Shown here: in pieces, positions 24,955 through 32,000 of the stretch
Layout of the letters: each line of letters opens with the position of its first letter
Numbering within the stretch: the stretch's first letter is position 1
Source of the DNA: Anaerobacillus sp.
GTDB lineage: Bacteria > Bacillota > Bacilli > Bacillales > Anaerobacillaceae
DNA: 32,000 nucleotides
Direction of reading: 5' to 3'
Assembly (NCBI GenBank): GCA_036676095.1
Contig: JAKFDP010000064.1
Coordinates: 1-32,000, forward strand
Translations under genes and position numbers: made by a program
The notes under the pieces: generated by a model
What the model was told of the DNA's origin: nothing
What the model saw: only the letters and a program-made list of their open reading frames with translations
Database searches by the model: none

Positions 24955-25665
24955 ATGGAGAATAAAGTGTTAATTGTCGATGATGAAAAGGAAATGCGAA
25001 ATCTCTTGTCGGTTTGTTTAAAGCCATTTGGTTATGTGATTGATGAGGCACAAACAGGGTTTGAGGCGCTTGAAAAAATAATCGGTGAAAAGTATGATTT
25101 ATTATTACTAGATATTATGATGCCAACAGTAGACGGCTTTGAAGTTTTAAGAAATGTTCGTGAAATACTTGATAAAGATGTGCCGATTATATTATTAACG
25201 GCCTTAGGGGATACGGATAGAATTGTAAAAGGATTGCAGCTAGGTGCTGACGATTATATTGTAAAACCTTTTGAACCTAGAGAACTTTTAGCAAGAATTC
25301 AATCGGTGATGCGCAGGGCACAAAAGAGTGGTGTCTTGGAAGAAGGAAAATTTAGTTTGCATCAACTTTTATTTGAAGAAAATAAATTAAAAGTTTCTTA
25401 TCGTGAGCAAACATTGCCACTAACGAAGAAAGAATATAAGTTATTACTTCGTTTAGCCAAAAATTCGGGCAGAGTCTATTCAAGAGAACAACTCGTGCAA
25501 CTTGAATGGGAGGATTATTACGAAGGTGACGCCAGAACGATTGACACACATATTAAAAATATTCGTGAAAAACTGAAAGCGGTTGGCTTTACAAAGCAAA
25601 TTATTGAAACTGTTTGGGGAATTGGTTATCAAATGCTTGAAGAAGATTCCATAAAGGATGAGTAA
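24955..25665 (+). CDS. OmpR-family two-component response regulator
   Basis: The receiver domain has VDDE, LLLDIMMP and KPF. The C-terminal winged helix has LTKKEYKLLLRLAKN and VWGIGYQM. An AAGGAG RBS is present. Confidence 0.9.
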   Translation: MENKVLIVDDEKEMRNLLSVCLKPFGYVIDEAQTGFEALEKIIGEKYDLLLLDIMMPTVDGFEVLRNVREILDKDVPIILLTALGDTDRIVKGLQLGADDYIVKPFEPRELLARIQSVMRRAQKSGVLEEGKFSLHQLLFEENKLKVSYREQTLPLTKKEYKLLLRLAKNSGRVYSREQLVQLEWEDYYEGDARTIDTHIKNIREKLKAVGFTKQIIETVWGIGYQMLEEDSIKDE

Positions 25666-25667
25666 TA

Positions 25668-27068
25668 TTGAAGAAAAAGCTTACCAAAAAAATTACATTT
25701 TTCGTTATTCTTATTTTACTCCTTGTCATTAGTACAATGGTTTTGTTTTCATACAATTTTTTTAAAAGCTTTTATAAGGAACAGTTAGCCCATAAGGTTC
25801 ATGAAGAATTACAAGCATATACGACAATGTTCGAAGAAGGAATTGATGAGAAGACGATTGCCTATCTCGTTGGTGAAAAAAATCTTGGTCACCATGTCCA
25901 AATGATTTTTTTTGATCTCAATTTGCAGTCCAATTATTCGGCTCACCATGTCAGTGAGGAGTGGTTAAAACAGTATCAGGCTTGGATCAAAAAATGTTTG
26001 GAAAACGAAAATGAAACGTTACAATACGTAGATACAGGAATCGGCTTTCATATTCCTCATATTTGGGCATTTCAACCGATAATGAAAGATGGACAACTGA
26101 TCGGTTATTTCTTTATCGACCAAGATACTGGTGAATTTGAAAAAACAAAATTGCAATTGTTGTTACTTTTATTTGCTATGGGATTGATAACATTCGTAAT
26201 TGGTGGACTCTTAACAATCTATTTAACAAAGGTGATCTCTAAACCACTCATTAAAATAAGTGAATCAACGCGAAAAATTGCCAAAGGCGATTTAAATATT
26301 CATCTTTCAATCGATAGTAATGATGAGGTAGGGCAATTAGCTGAGGATATTCATGCGATGACAAAGCAATTAAAGGAATACCGTGATTCCAAGCGGCAGT
26401 TTATTTCTCATATTTCCCATGACTTACGAACGCCGATTACGTATATAAAAGGCTACTCGGCGATTATGAAAGATGCACCACTCCATGATGAAAATGAATG
26501 GCGTCGCAACCTTGATGTTATTTATAAAGAAGCAACTAGAATGGAATATTTAGTAAGTGATTTGTTCCAATTAACAAAGCTTGAAGAAGGAAGAATCACT
26601 CTTCACAAAGAAGAGGTGGAGCTTCTTGTTTGGCTAAAATCGATTGTAGCAACGAGACAGTTAATGTTAGATAATCATTCACTTCTGTGTGAAGTAAGTT
26701 CAAATCAGCCAGAATTAAAAGCAATGGTTGACCAACACCGCCTTGGTCAAGCAGTTATTAATGTGCTTGAAAATAGCATTCGTTATACCCCTAAAGGGGG
26801 AACAATTTGGATTAATGTAGTCGATAAAGCAGAGGAAATTGTCATCGAAATTCGTGACAATGGTATTGGAATTAGTAATGAGGAATTGCCACATATTTGG
26901 GAACGATTCTATCGAGTCGATAAATCAAGATCACGCGAGAGCGGCGGTAGTGGCTTGGGTTTAGCAATTGTCAAAGAAATTGTAGAAGTTCATGGTGGCA
27001 GTGTGGCAGTTGAGAGTGAGGAAGGAATAGGAACTAGTTTTTATTTGCAACTTAGAAAAGAAAACTGA
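25668..27068 (+). CDS. Sensor histidine kinase (2 TM, extracytoplasmic loop, HAMP, HisKA, HATPase_c)
   Basis: The H-box is FISHISHDLRTP, the N-box VLENSIRYTP and the G-boxes DNGIGI and GGSGLGLAIV. The HAMP segment is ISKPLIKISESTRKIAKGDLN. The gene starts 2 nt after the response regulator gene. Confidence 0.9.
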   Translation: MKKKLTKKITFFVILILLLVISTMVLFSYNFFKSFYKEQLAHKVHEELQAYTTMFEEGIDEKTIAYLVGEKNLGHHVQMIFFDLNLQSNYSAHHVSEEWLKQYQAWIKKCLENENETLQYVDTGIGFHIPHIWAFQPIMKDGQLIGYFFIDQDTGEFEKTKLQLLLLLFAMGLITFVIGGLLTIYLTKVISKPLIKISESTRKIAKGDLNIHLSIDSNDEVGQLAEDIHAMTKQLKEYRDSKRQFISHISHDLRTPITYIKGYSAIMKDAPLHDENEWRRNLDVIYKEATRMEYLVSDLFQLTKLEEGRITLHKEEVELLVWLKSIVATRQLMLDNHSLLCEVSSNQPELKAMVDQHRLGQAVINVLENSIRYTPKGGTIWINVVDKAEEIVIEIRDNGIGISNEELPHIWERFYRVDKSRSRESGGSGLGLAIVKEIVEVHGGSVAVESEEGIGTSFYLQLRKEN

Positions 27069-27082
27069 TGAAAAAGAAAAAG

Positions 27083-27128
27083 GATCAAACACCTCTATTC
27101 ATTTATGACTAGAGGTGTTTGATCTTTG
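27083..27128 (+). terminator. Rho-independent terminator after the kinase gene
   Basis: The 15-bp perfect stem GATCAAACACCTCTA / TAGAGGTGTTTGATC is followed by TTTG. Confidence 0.8.
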
Positions 27129-27163
27129 TCAAGTCAGTCTGGAGGCTGGCTGGCGATATTACA

Positions 27164-27200
27164 CCTAAAAGACGCCCACAGGACGTGGGCGTCTTTTAGG
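27164..27200. terminator. Second GC-rich hairpin (probable terminator of the convergent flavin reductase gene)
   Basis: The perfect 16-bp stem is CCTAAAAGACGCCCAC-AGGAC-GTGGGCGTCTTTTAGG. U-tracts are embedded in both arms. Confidence 0.6.
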
Positions 27201-27288
27201 TAATTTGGTGCTCTCCGCTTTTTGGATGAAAGTAAAATTGAATATGCTACTTTCATCCAAGGGTGTGAGTATTAAATCATGTGAGTTT

Positions 27289-27843
27289 CTATTTAAGATC
27301 AATTGAGATGATTTTTGTATCTTTATTAGCAATTGCATATTGAGATTGACCAATATACAACGGAATTTCTAGCTTGTCCCAATTTGGAAGCCCAGCTGCA
27401 AAACGAGTTTCGTCTTTTTGGAAATTTGTAATTTCTCCTATGACCCAATCGTGATCCCCTATTTTTTGAATATCCTTTACTTTACATTCGTAAACGACGT
27501 AAGCATCCGTTAATATTGGTGATTGAATCGTTTCACCTTTTCTATAGGGAATATTTAATCGTTCAAACTTATCTCCATCTCGCCCCGACAGTTTACCGGC
27601 TCCTTCAATATATTGTGCAAATTCAGCCGGAACAAATTGGATAGCAAATTCCCCTGAATTTTTAATTAAATGATGTGTAAAACGCTCTTCACCAATTGCA
27701 ACTCCATAAATCGGTGGTGCAAACGACATGTAGGAGTGCCAACCAGCAGTCATTATGCTTTTCGTACCGTTCCATTCAGAAGTTACTAGGGCCATTAAAC
27801 CAGGATAACAGTGAAGAACGGTTTCATTCGTACTTTTTAGCAT
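27289..27843 (-). CDS. Flavin reductase-like (FMN-binding split-barrel) domain protein
   Basis: ..LMALVTSEWNGTKSIMTAGWHSYMSFAPPIYGVAIG..HHLIKNSGEFAIQF.. is typical of the PF01613 family. A GGAAGGTGA RBS is present. Confidence 0.75.
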   Translation of the reverse strand: MLKSTNETVLHCYPGLMALVTSEWNGTKSIMTAGWHSYMSFAPPIYGVAIGEERFTHHLIKNSGEFAIQFVPAEFAQYIEGAGKLSGRDGDKFERLNIPYRKGETIQSPILTDAYVVYECKVKDIQKIGDHDWVIGEITNFQKDETRFAAGLPNWDKLEIPLYIGQSQYAIANKDTKIISIDLK

Positions 27844-27891
27844 TATTTCACCTTCCCAATAAAAGATTTTACATTTAGTATAAATGATACG

Positions 27892-28518
27892 TTAAGATCG
27901 TGTATAGACTTCGTAGTCATCTGCTGATTTCTCTACTTTAAATGGTTCGCTCCAATCAAGATGCCCTAGTAAAGAATCAATCACTTCACCATTAATTAAA
28001 ATAAATACTTCATCATAACCAAACTGTTTAACGATCATTGCAATTTGTTCAACTAGCATTCCTTCACCTGTAGAACCTAAATTCGCTGTGGAAAGTTCAT
28101 TGGAAAAGGAAATATAGGCAATGCCATTTTTATTTTCGACCGTCTGTACTAATACACCTTCTGGAAGGAGACTATGAAGACCTTCTTGTTTAGGCCCATC
28201 TGCCCAAAGTTGTAACGCTTTTAAAATTCCTTCTTCATTCTTCGTAAATGAATCTTTAGTTTCTACACGATAAACATTCATTAAATCATGATCGGAGAAG
28301 TATAAATAAATTGAATTAAGTACAACGTTTTCTTTTTCCGTTTCTATAGCATTTTCATCTGCAATTTCTGGAGTTTCTGGGGTTTCTTTTTGTTCAGTTT
28401 CTTGCTCTGAATCCAACATTGAATCATGGTTGTCAGTATGTTCAGTAGTATCCTTTCCACAAGCAACAAGTAATAATAACAATGTTAGTGTTAAGATAAG
28501 GTAATTCCCTTTTTTCAC
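27892..28518 (-). CDS. Lipoprotein with a GerMN (sporulation/germination) domain
   Basis: AAGGAAGGTG lies 6 nt before the GTG at 28518. The lipobox is LLLVAC|GKD. This is followed by an acidic linker and a GerMN-like region (..ILKALQLWADGPKQEGLHSLLPEGV..IAYISFSNEL..). The 55-codon N-terminal extension in the ORF track has no RBS. Confidence 0.7.
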   Translation of the reverse strand: MKKGNYLILTLTLLLLLVACGKDTTEHTDNHDSMLDSEQETEQKETPETPEIADENAIETEKENVVLNSIYLYFSDHDLMNVYRVETKDSFTKNEEGILKALQLWADGPKQEGLHSLLPEGVLVQTVENKNGIAYISFSNELSTANLGSTGEGMLVEQIAMIVKQFGYDEVFILINGEVIDSLLGHLDWSEPFKVEKSADDYEVYTRS

Positions 28519-28642
28519 TAATAACACCTTCCTTATTAATAGTTCAGAAAAAGTATGGCATATATGAACAAGCATAGCATAGCATAGAAAAGAAGTCATT
28601 TCATAATAAAGGAAAAAATAAAAAAAAAAAACTAATTGTATG

Positions 28643-28672
28643 TTGACGAAGTAAAAGTCTCTGTTATATAAT
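28643..28672 (+). promoter_or_regulatory. Candidate sigma-A promoter (TTGACG-18-TATAAT) for the 47-aa ORF
   Basis: TTGACG lies at 28643-28648 and TATAAT at 28667-28672. Confidence 0.5.
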
Positions 28673-28724
28673 ACGATTAACAAATCAAATATTGTACTAT
28701 TACAAGAGAGGGAGATTAATAATA

Positions 28725-28868
28725 ATGAGTAGACAAGAGCGTAAAAACATGATTAACTTTATTGAGAAGATGAAGGGGTTAGATTCAAGTCAATTAAAGC
28801 ATATGACAGATCAAGAAATTGAGCATATTTACAACGCGCTTTACTTAGAGCTCGAACATCAAGAGTAG
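28725..28868 (+). CDS. Small protein, 47 aa (MSRQERKNMINFIEKMKGLDSSQLKHMTDQEIEHIYNALYLELEHQE)
   Basis: The ORF falls below the ORF-track length cut-off. GAGAGGGAG lies 9 nt before the ATG. A consensus-like promoter is upstream and a terminator downstream. Confidence 0.55.
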   Translation: MSRQERKNMINFIEKMKGLDSSQLKHMTDQEIEHIYNALYLELEHQE

Positions 28869-29000
28869 TACAAGAAAACATAGATTTATTGACCCTGACT
28901 TGTACTACGAACATTATTGAATGATTGATTTTACTAGAAAATTAATTAATTAAGTTCTCTAATTGTTAAATAGATAAATATTCCGGCTTATCAACTTTTA

Positions 29001-29047
29001 AAGCAGAAAACATTACCGAATTCAGGTGAGTGTTTCTGCTTTTTTTG
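29001..29047 (+). terminator. Rho-independent terminator
   Basis: AAGCAGAAAC-loop-GTTTCTGCT is followed by TTTTTTTG. Confidence 0.65.
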
Positions 29048-29266
29048 ATAGAATTGCTAAAAAGTATAATAGCCAAAGGTAAAAGACCGTTTTTTAAAAT
29101 TCTCGGCAGTCTTTTTTGGGCTCCTGTGCCGACTATTCTGCAGTCCAATGCTTCATTTCTGGTTTTTGGTGTACGATTAGCCACTTCTTACTTGTTTTTT
29201 ATTGTTAACAGTTATAATAGAATAAGAGTATTGAAGATAACTTAAATTATTTCAAAAAAACAATAA

Positions 29267-29293
29267 AGTAACTTTTATGTAGAAAAAATCGAC
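29267..29293 (+). promoter_or_regulatory. SigX-type ECF autoregulatory promoter (aGTAAC-N17-CGAC)
   Basis: GTAAC lies at 29268-29272, followed by a 17-nt spacer and CGAC at 29290-29293, about 25 nt upstream of sigX. It matches the published B. subtilis SigX consensus tGTAAC-N17-CGAC. Confidence 0.7.
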
Positions 29294-29318
29294 TAGTTTA
29301 ATAAGGGGGTAAGGAGCA

Positions 29319-29864
29319 GTGAATGATGAATTGGAACGCTTGTACGAGACTTATCACCATTCCATCTTTCAATTTCTGTTTTATATGGTTCGTAATAGAC
29401 AAATAGCAGAAGAACTAGTACAAGAAGTATATATCAAAGTTTTTCATTCTTATGCTTCATTTAAAGGGGATAGTAGTGAGAAAACTTGGTTATATTCGAT
29501 TGCCAGGCATGTCGGTGTTGATTGGATACGTAGTCAAAATCGTAAAAAGCGAAAGTTTTTAGGAATATTTCAATTAACAGAAAGAGAGTTTCAGATTAGA
29601 GACGAAGAACCATTGCCAGATGAAATGATAATAGAAAAAGAAGAAATTAAGGAAGTTTATCGAATGCTTGGCAAATGTTCATTTGATCAACAACAAGTGA
29701 TTATTTTAAGATACATAGAATCCCTTTCGATTAATGAGACAGCGGATATATTAGGATGGACGGAAAGTAAGGTAAAAACGACACAACATCGGGCAATTAA
29801 ACTGTTACAGACACTTCTTAATGAAAACCAGCATCAAGATTTAAAGGAGGTGGCGAGAAAATGA
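29319..29864 (+). CDS. sigX: ECF sigma factor SigX
   Basis: LYETYHHSIFQFLFYMVRNRQIAEELVQEVYIKV..SSEKTWLYSIARHVGVDWIRSQ and ..ESKVKTTQHRAIKLL are near-colinear with B. subtilis SigX as I recall it. The GTG start has AAGGGGG 9 nt upstream. Confidence 0.85.
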   Translation: MNDELERLYETYHHSIFQFLFYMVRNRQIAEELVQEVYIKVFHSYASFKGDSSEKTWLYSIARHVGVDWIRSQNRKKRKFLGIFQLTEREFQIRDEEPLPDEMIIEKEEIKEVYRMLGKCSFDQQQVIILRYIESLSINETADILGWTESKVKTTQHRAIKLLQTLLNENQHQDLKEVARK

Positions 29865-31072
29865 AGCAATCCACAAATTGGGATGAAAAAAGATTGGAAA
29901 ATTGTTTAAAACAATTGCCTCAAATAAAAGATAAGCAAAGCAAAGCAGAATTATTTAAACAAATCAAAGCAAATACCGATGAGCTTCAAATAAAGGAACG
30001 AAAAAAGAACAAAAGCTGGCTCGTCCCTTCACTCGCTGTTGCTAGTGTTTTCTTCTTTTTATTGCTCATGATTCCATCCTTCTTGAATCAAGTGAATGTA
30101 AGGGAAGATCTTGCTATTAATAAAAGCTTTAAGGTGAAAGAAGCTGCCGAACAAGCAAATCAAGATGCTAACGAGATGAGAATTATGAAATCAACACCCA
30201 AAACTGCGTCTTTAAAAAATGTTGACGATTTTCTGTATCTCGGAGCAGTTCAACCTTCTGAAGCAGAACTATTACAAGAACAACTTGTGACAATTGCTCT
30301 ACCTGTTCAGGCTTCTACGAGAGAGCTTGTCCTTCCAGTGACACTTATTTCAGACGGTGCTAATGAAATTGAAAGATTTCTAAAGGTGAAAGAAACGTTT
30401 TCTGGTGAAGCTTGGGGGATTGGGATGTTTCCACATTTTCCAATTAACTCAATTGTGGCGCGAAACAAGCAAACTTTAAAAATTGATGTTCCTCAAGGAA
30501 GTTTAGAAAGTTTAACTAGTTCAGAAGCTTTAATTTATCAGCAATCATTAAAAGAAACGTTTTGGCCTAAGTTCAGAGAGATAGAGCTAAGTTCTGATGG
30601 GAAACCGGGAGTTGATTTGGGGCAAACTGGCTCTGTATCTCGTATCGATTTACAAGTAGAAAACCGTGGTTATTATCTTTTTGAAAGTAAAACAGGTCAC
30701 ATATTTTTAGCACGAGGTATTACAGTTGCTGCGCCTCAGAAGAATGCAAACAATCAATATTTAAGTTTACAAGAAACTATAGAGTTCATGAAGCAAGGAA
30801 ATCAACAGTTAGGTTATCATGCTGCAATTCCTGAGGAATTTGTGATTACAAACGTCTTACAAACAGGTAACATTGCAACGATTACATTTACAGAAGGAAC
30901 CATTCTTGAAGATAATCCGAAAAATTTAGCGATGATAGAAGCGATTTTATTTGCAGCTCGAGATTTTGGAAACACATTTGTCCAGTTTGAAGGCTTAGAA
31001 GCAACCCATGTTGGACCATATTCTCTAACAAAAGCAATTGAAATTCCACGTTATGCAAATTTTATTCGCTAA
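29861..31072 (+). CDS. rsiX: Anti-sigma-X factor RsiX-like (single TM, large extracytoplasmic domain)
   Basis: The gene overlaps sigX by 4 nt (ATGA). It has a cytoplasmic N-terminus (..WDEKRLENCLKQLPQIKD..), a TM (WLVPSLAVASVFFFLLLMIPSF) and a roughly 330-aa outside domain. Confidence 0.7.
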   Translation: MKQSTNWDEKRLENCLKQLPQIKDKQSKAELFKQIKANTDELQIKERKKNKSWLVPSLAVASVFFFLLLMIPSFLNQVNVREDLAINKSFKVKEAAEQANQDANEMRIMKSTPKTASLKNVDDFLYLGAVQPSEAELLQEQLVTIALPVQASTRELVLPVTLISDGANEIERFLKVKETFSGEAWGIGMFPHFPINSIVARNKQTLKIDVPQGSLESLTSSEALIYQQSLKETFWPKFREIELSSDGKPGVDLGQTGSVSRIDLQVENRGYYLFESKTGHIFLARGITVAAPQKNANNQYLSLQETIEFMKQGNQQLGYHAAIPEEFVITNVLQTGNIATITFTEGTILEDNPKNLAMIEAILFAARDFGNTFVQFEGLEATHVGPYSLTKAIEIPRYANFIR

Positions 31073-31134
31073 ACGTTGTTGGTAACTAATAAGCACATCA
31101 TATAGTTGAAATGGTGTGCTTAAAAAATAAGTTA

Positions 31135-31182
31135 TTGACGACGATTGGAAGGATAAGGTACAATTGATAATTATTATCAATT
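31135..31182 (+). promoter_or_regulatory. Chemoreceptor promoter (TTGACG-18-TACAAT) with a perfect Fur box TGATAAT-T-ATTATCA abutting the -10
   Basis: TTGACG lies at 31135-31140 and TACAAT at 31159-31164. TGATAATTATTATCA (31165-31179) matches the B. subtilis 7-1-7 Fur consensus TGATAATNATTATCA exactly. It sits inside a perfect 21-bp palindrome (31162-31182). Confidence 0.65.
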
Positions 31183-31214
31183 AAAATCCATACAATAGAA
31201 ATAGAAGGGAAAAG

Positions 31215-32000
31215 GTGAAAGTGAAAAGTATTCAAACAAAAATATTAGTATTTTTTTCAATTTTCTTTTTTGTAACAGTCTCGCTTATTGGAATGATTAT
31301 GTTTAATAATGCCAAAAATCTTGTAGAAAATTCAGTTGGAGCTCAGGCAAAGTCAATTGCTAAAAGTTCGGCAAAAGCAATAAATATACCGCAGTTTGAA
31401 CAAGTTTTAGTAGAAGGAAAAAATGAGTATTACTATGAATTACGACATACGTTAAATAATCTTCGCGAGATTAACGGATTAAGATACTTATATACAATGA
31501 CTAAAAGAAATACTGGTAATGGTGAAGAATACATATACGTAGTTGATGGGCTTCCACTTGACGCTGATGATGCTTCTGATTTTGGAGATGTCGAAGATAT
31601 TAGTGAAGATCCAATTATTAAAGAAGTATTTGAGACTGGTGAAGCAATGGTCGGTGAATTAGTTAAAACTGAAGACTATGGAACACTCATTTATGCCTAT
31701 GCGCCAATTAAAAATGATTCAGGCGAGGTTATTGGGATCATTGGCGCTGATTTTAAAGCTACAGAAGTTGCAAATGGATTAGAAAAAAACAGAAGATCAG
31801 CGATTATCGTAACATTAGGAATTGCCCTACTTAGTGTTATAGTTTTGTTCCTATTAACAAAGTTATTAATAAAACCGCTAAAATTACTAACTAAGCAAGT
31901 TGAACATGTGAAAGAAGGCGATTTAACTGTCAATTTTACAACGCATCGCAAAGATGAAATTGGGATTTTAGGATTAGCATTTCAGCATATGGTTAATGAA
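31215..32000 (+). CDS. Methyl-accepting chemotaxis protein, 5' part (TM1, Cache-like sensor, TM2, HAMP); continues beyond the window
   Basis: The frame is open from GTG 31215/31221 to the window end and is not in the ORF track because there is no stop. Visible elements are TM ILVFFSIFFFVTVSLIGMIMF, the sensor ..YLYTMTKR..YIYVVDG..YAYAPIK..GEVIGIIGADF, a second TM, and the HAMP segment IKPLKILTKQVEHVKEGDLTV..DEIGILGLAFQHM. Confidence 0.75.
   Translation, partial: MKVKSIQTKILVFFSIFFFVTVSLIGMIMFNNAKNLVENSVGAQAKSIAKSSAKAINIPQFEQVLVEGKNEYYYELRHTLNNLREINGLRYLYTMTKRNTGNGEEYIYVVDGLPLDADDASDFGDVEDISEDPIIKEVFETGEAMVGELVKTEDYGTLIYAYAPIKNDSGEVIGIIGADFKATEVANGLEKNRRSAIIVTLGIALLSVIVLFLLTKLLIKPLKLLTKQVEHVKEGDLTVNFTTHRKDEIGILGLAFQHMVNE

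Noticed and set aside
25352-25549. 65-aa minus-strand ORF
   Set aside because: It is antisense to the response regulator gene.
27165-27353. 62-aa minus-strand ORF; also the hairpin at 27222-27260 (TTGGATGAAAGTA / TACTTTCATCCAA) considered as a terminator
   Set aside because: The ORF runs through two hairpins and overlaps the 3' end of the flavin reductase gene. The hairpin has no T-run on either strand, so I do not call it a terminator. It may stabilise the 3' UTR.
27696-27878. 60-aa plus-strand ORF
   Set aside because: It is antisense to the flavin reductase gene.
28571-28587. (AGCAT)x3 tandem repeat considered as a CRISPR or VNTR
   Set aside because: It has only three 5-nt units and no spacer structure. 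No CRISPR-like array exists anywhere in the window.
28519-28683. 55-codon N-terminal extension of the GerMN lipoprotein ORF in the ORF track
   Set aside because: The extension has no RBS and reads through promoter-like AT-rich DNA and the A12 tract. The GTG at 28518 has AAGGAAGGTG upstream and yields a canonical lipoprotein signal peptide.
28966-29245. Overlapping antisense ORFs 28966..29184 (-) and 29030..29245 (+)
   Set aside because: Neither has an RBS. Both traverse the 29001-29047 terminator hairpin and neither has a recognisable domain.
31091-31126. Hairpin AAGCACATCAT-loop-ATGGTGTGCTT after rsiX considered as a terminator
   Set aside because: The stem is plausible, but on the plus strand it is followed by an A-run rather than a T-run. 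It may still pause or terminate transcription, but I do not list it as a supported terminator.
31697-31951. 84-aa minus-strand ORF
   Set aside because: It is antisense to the chemoreceptor gene, whose HAMP and TM features are clear in the plus frame.

Overview
This is an AT-rich, Bacillaceae-type chromosomal segment. The markers are sigX-rsiX, ktrAB behind a ydaO-type c-di-AMP riboswitch, a GerMN lipoprotein and a Bacillus-type signal peptidase I. I support about 31 coding regions and found no rRNA, tRNA, CRISPR array, transposase, integrase or phage genes.

Recognisable modules, in order:
- an N-terminally truncated RtcB ligase ORF
- a small XRE regulator plus membrane protein pair
- a secreted TIMP/NTR-like protein (CSC N-terminus), a DUF1835-like protein and a lipoprotein
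- an ECF sigma with a large anti-sigma factor
- modABC plus a YvgK-like HTH/periplasmic-binding-fold regulator
- a MocR/GntR regulator and a signal peptidase I
- a Crp/Fnr regulator divergent from a quinol-type nitric-oxide reductase
- a SulP/STAS anion transporter
- the c-di-AMP riboswitch with ktrA-ktrB
- an OmpR/histidine kinase pair
- a GerMN lipoprotein plus flavin reductase
- sigX-rsiX and a partial methyl-accepting chemotaxis gene

I do not see a clear-cut novel multigene system such as a defence island or mobile element. The observations most worth follow-up are regulatory or architectural:
- a perfect Fur box on the chemoreceptor promoter
- a 16-bp perfect inverted repeat bracketing the modA promoter
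- two GTGA-N6-TCAC boxes that may link the cysteine-poor Crp/Fnr regulator to both qNOR and the SulP transporter
- the TIMP-like/DUF1835 cluster
- the truncated RtcB with a 97-bp palindromic element upstream
- a dispersed 37-38 nt repeat

All family assignments come from motif recognition by eye. No database search was run.
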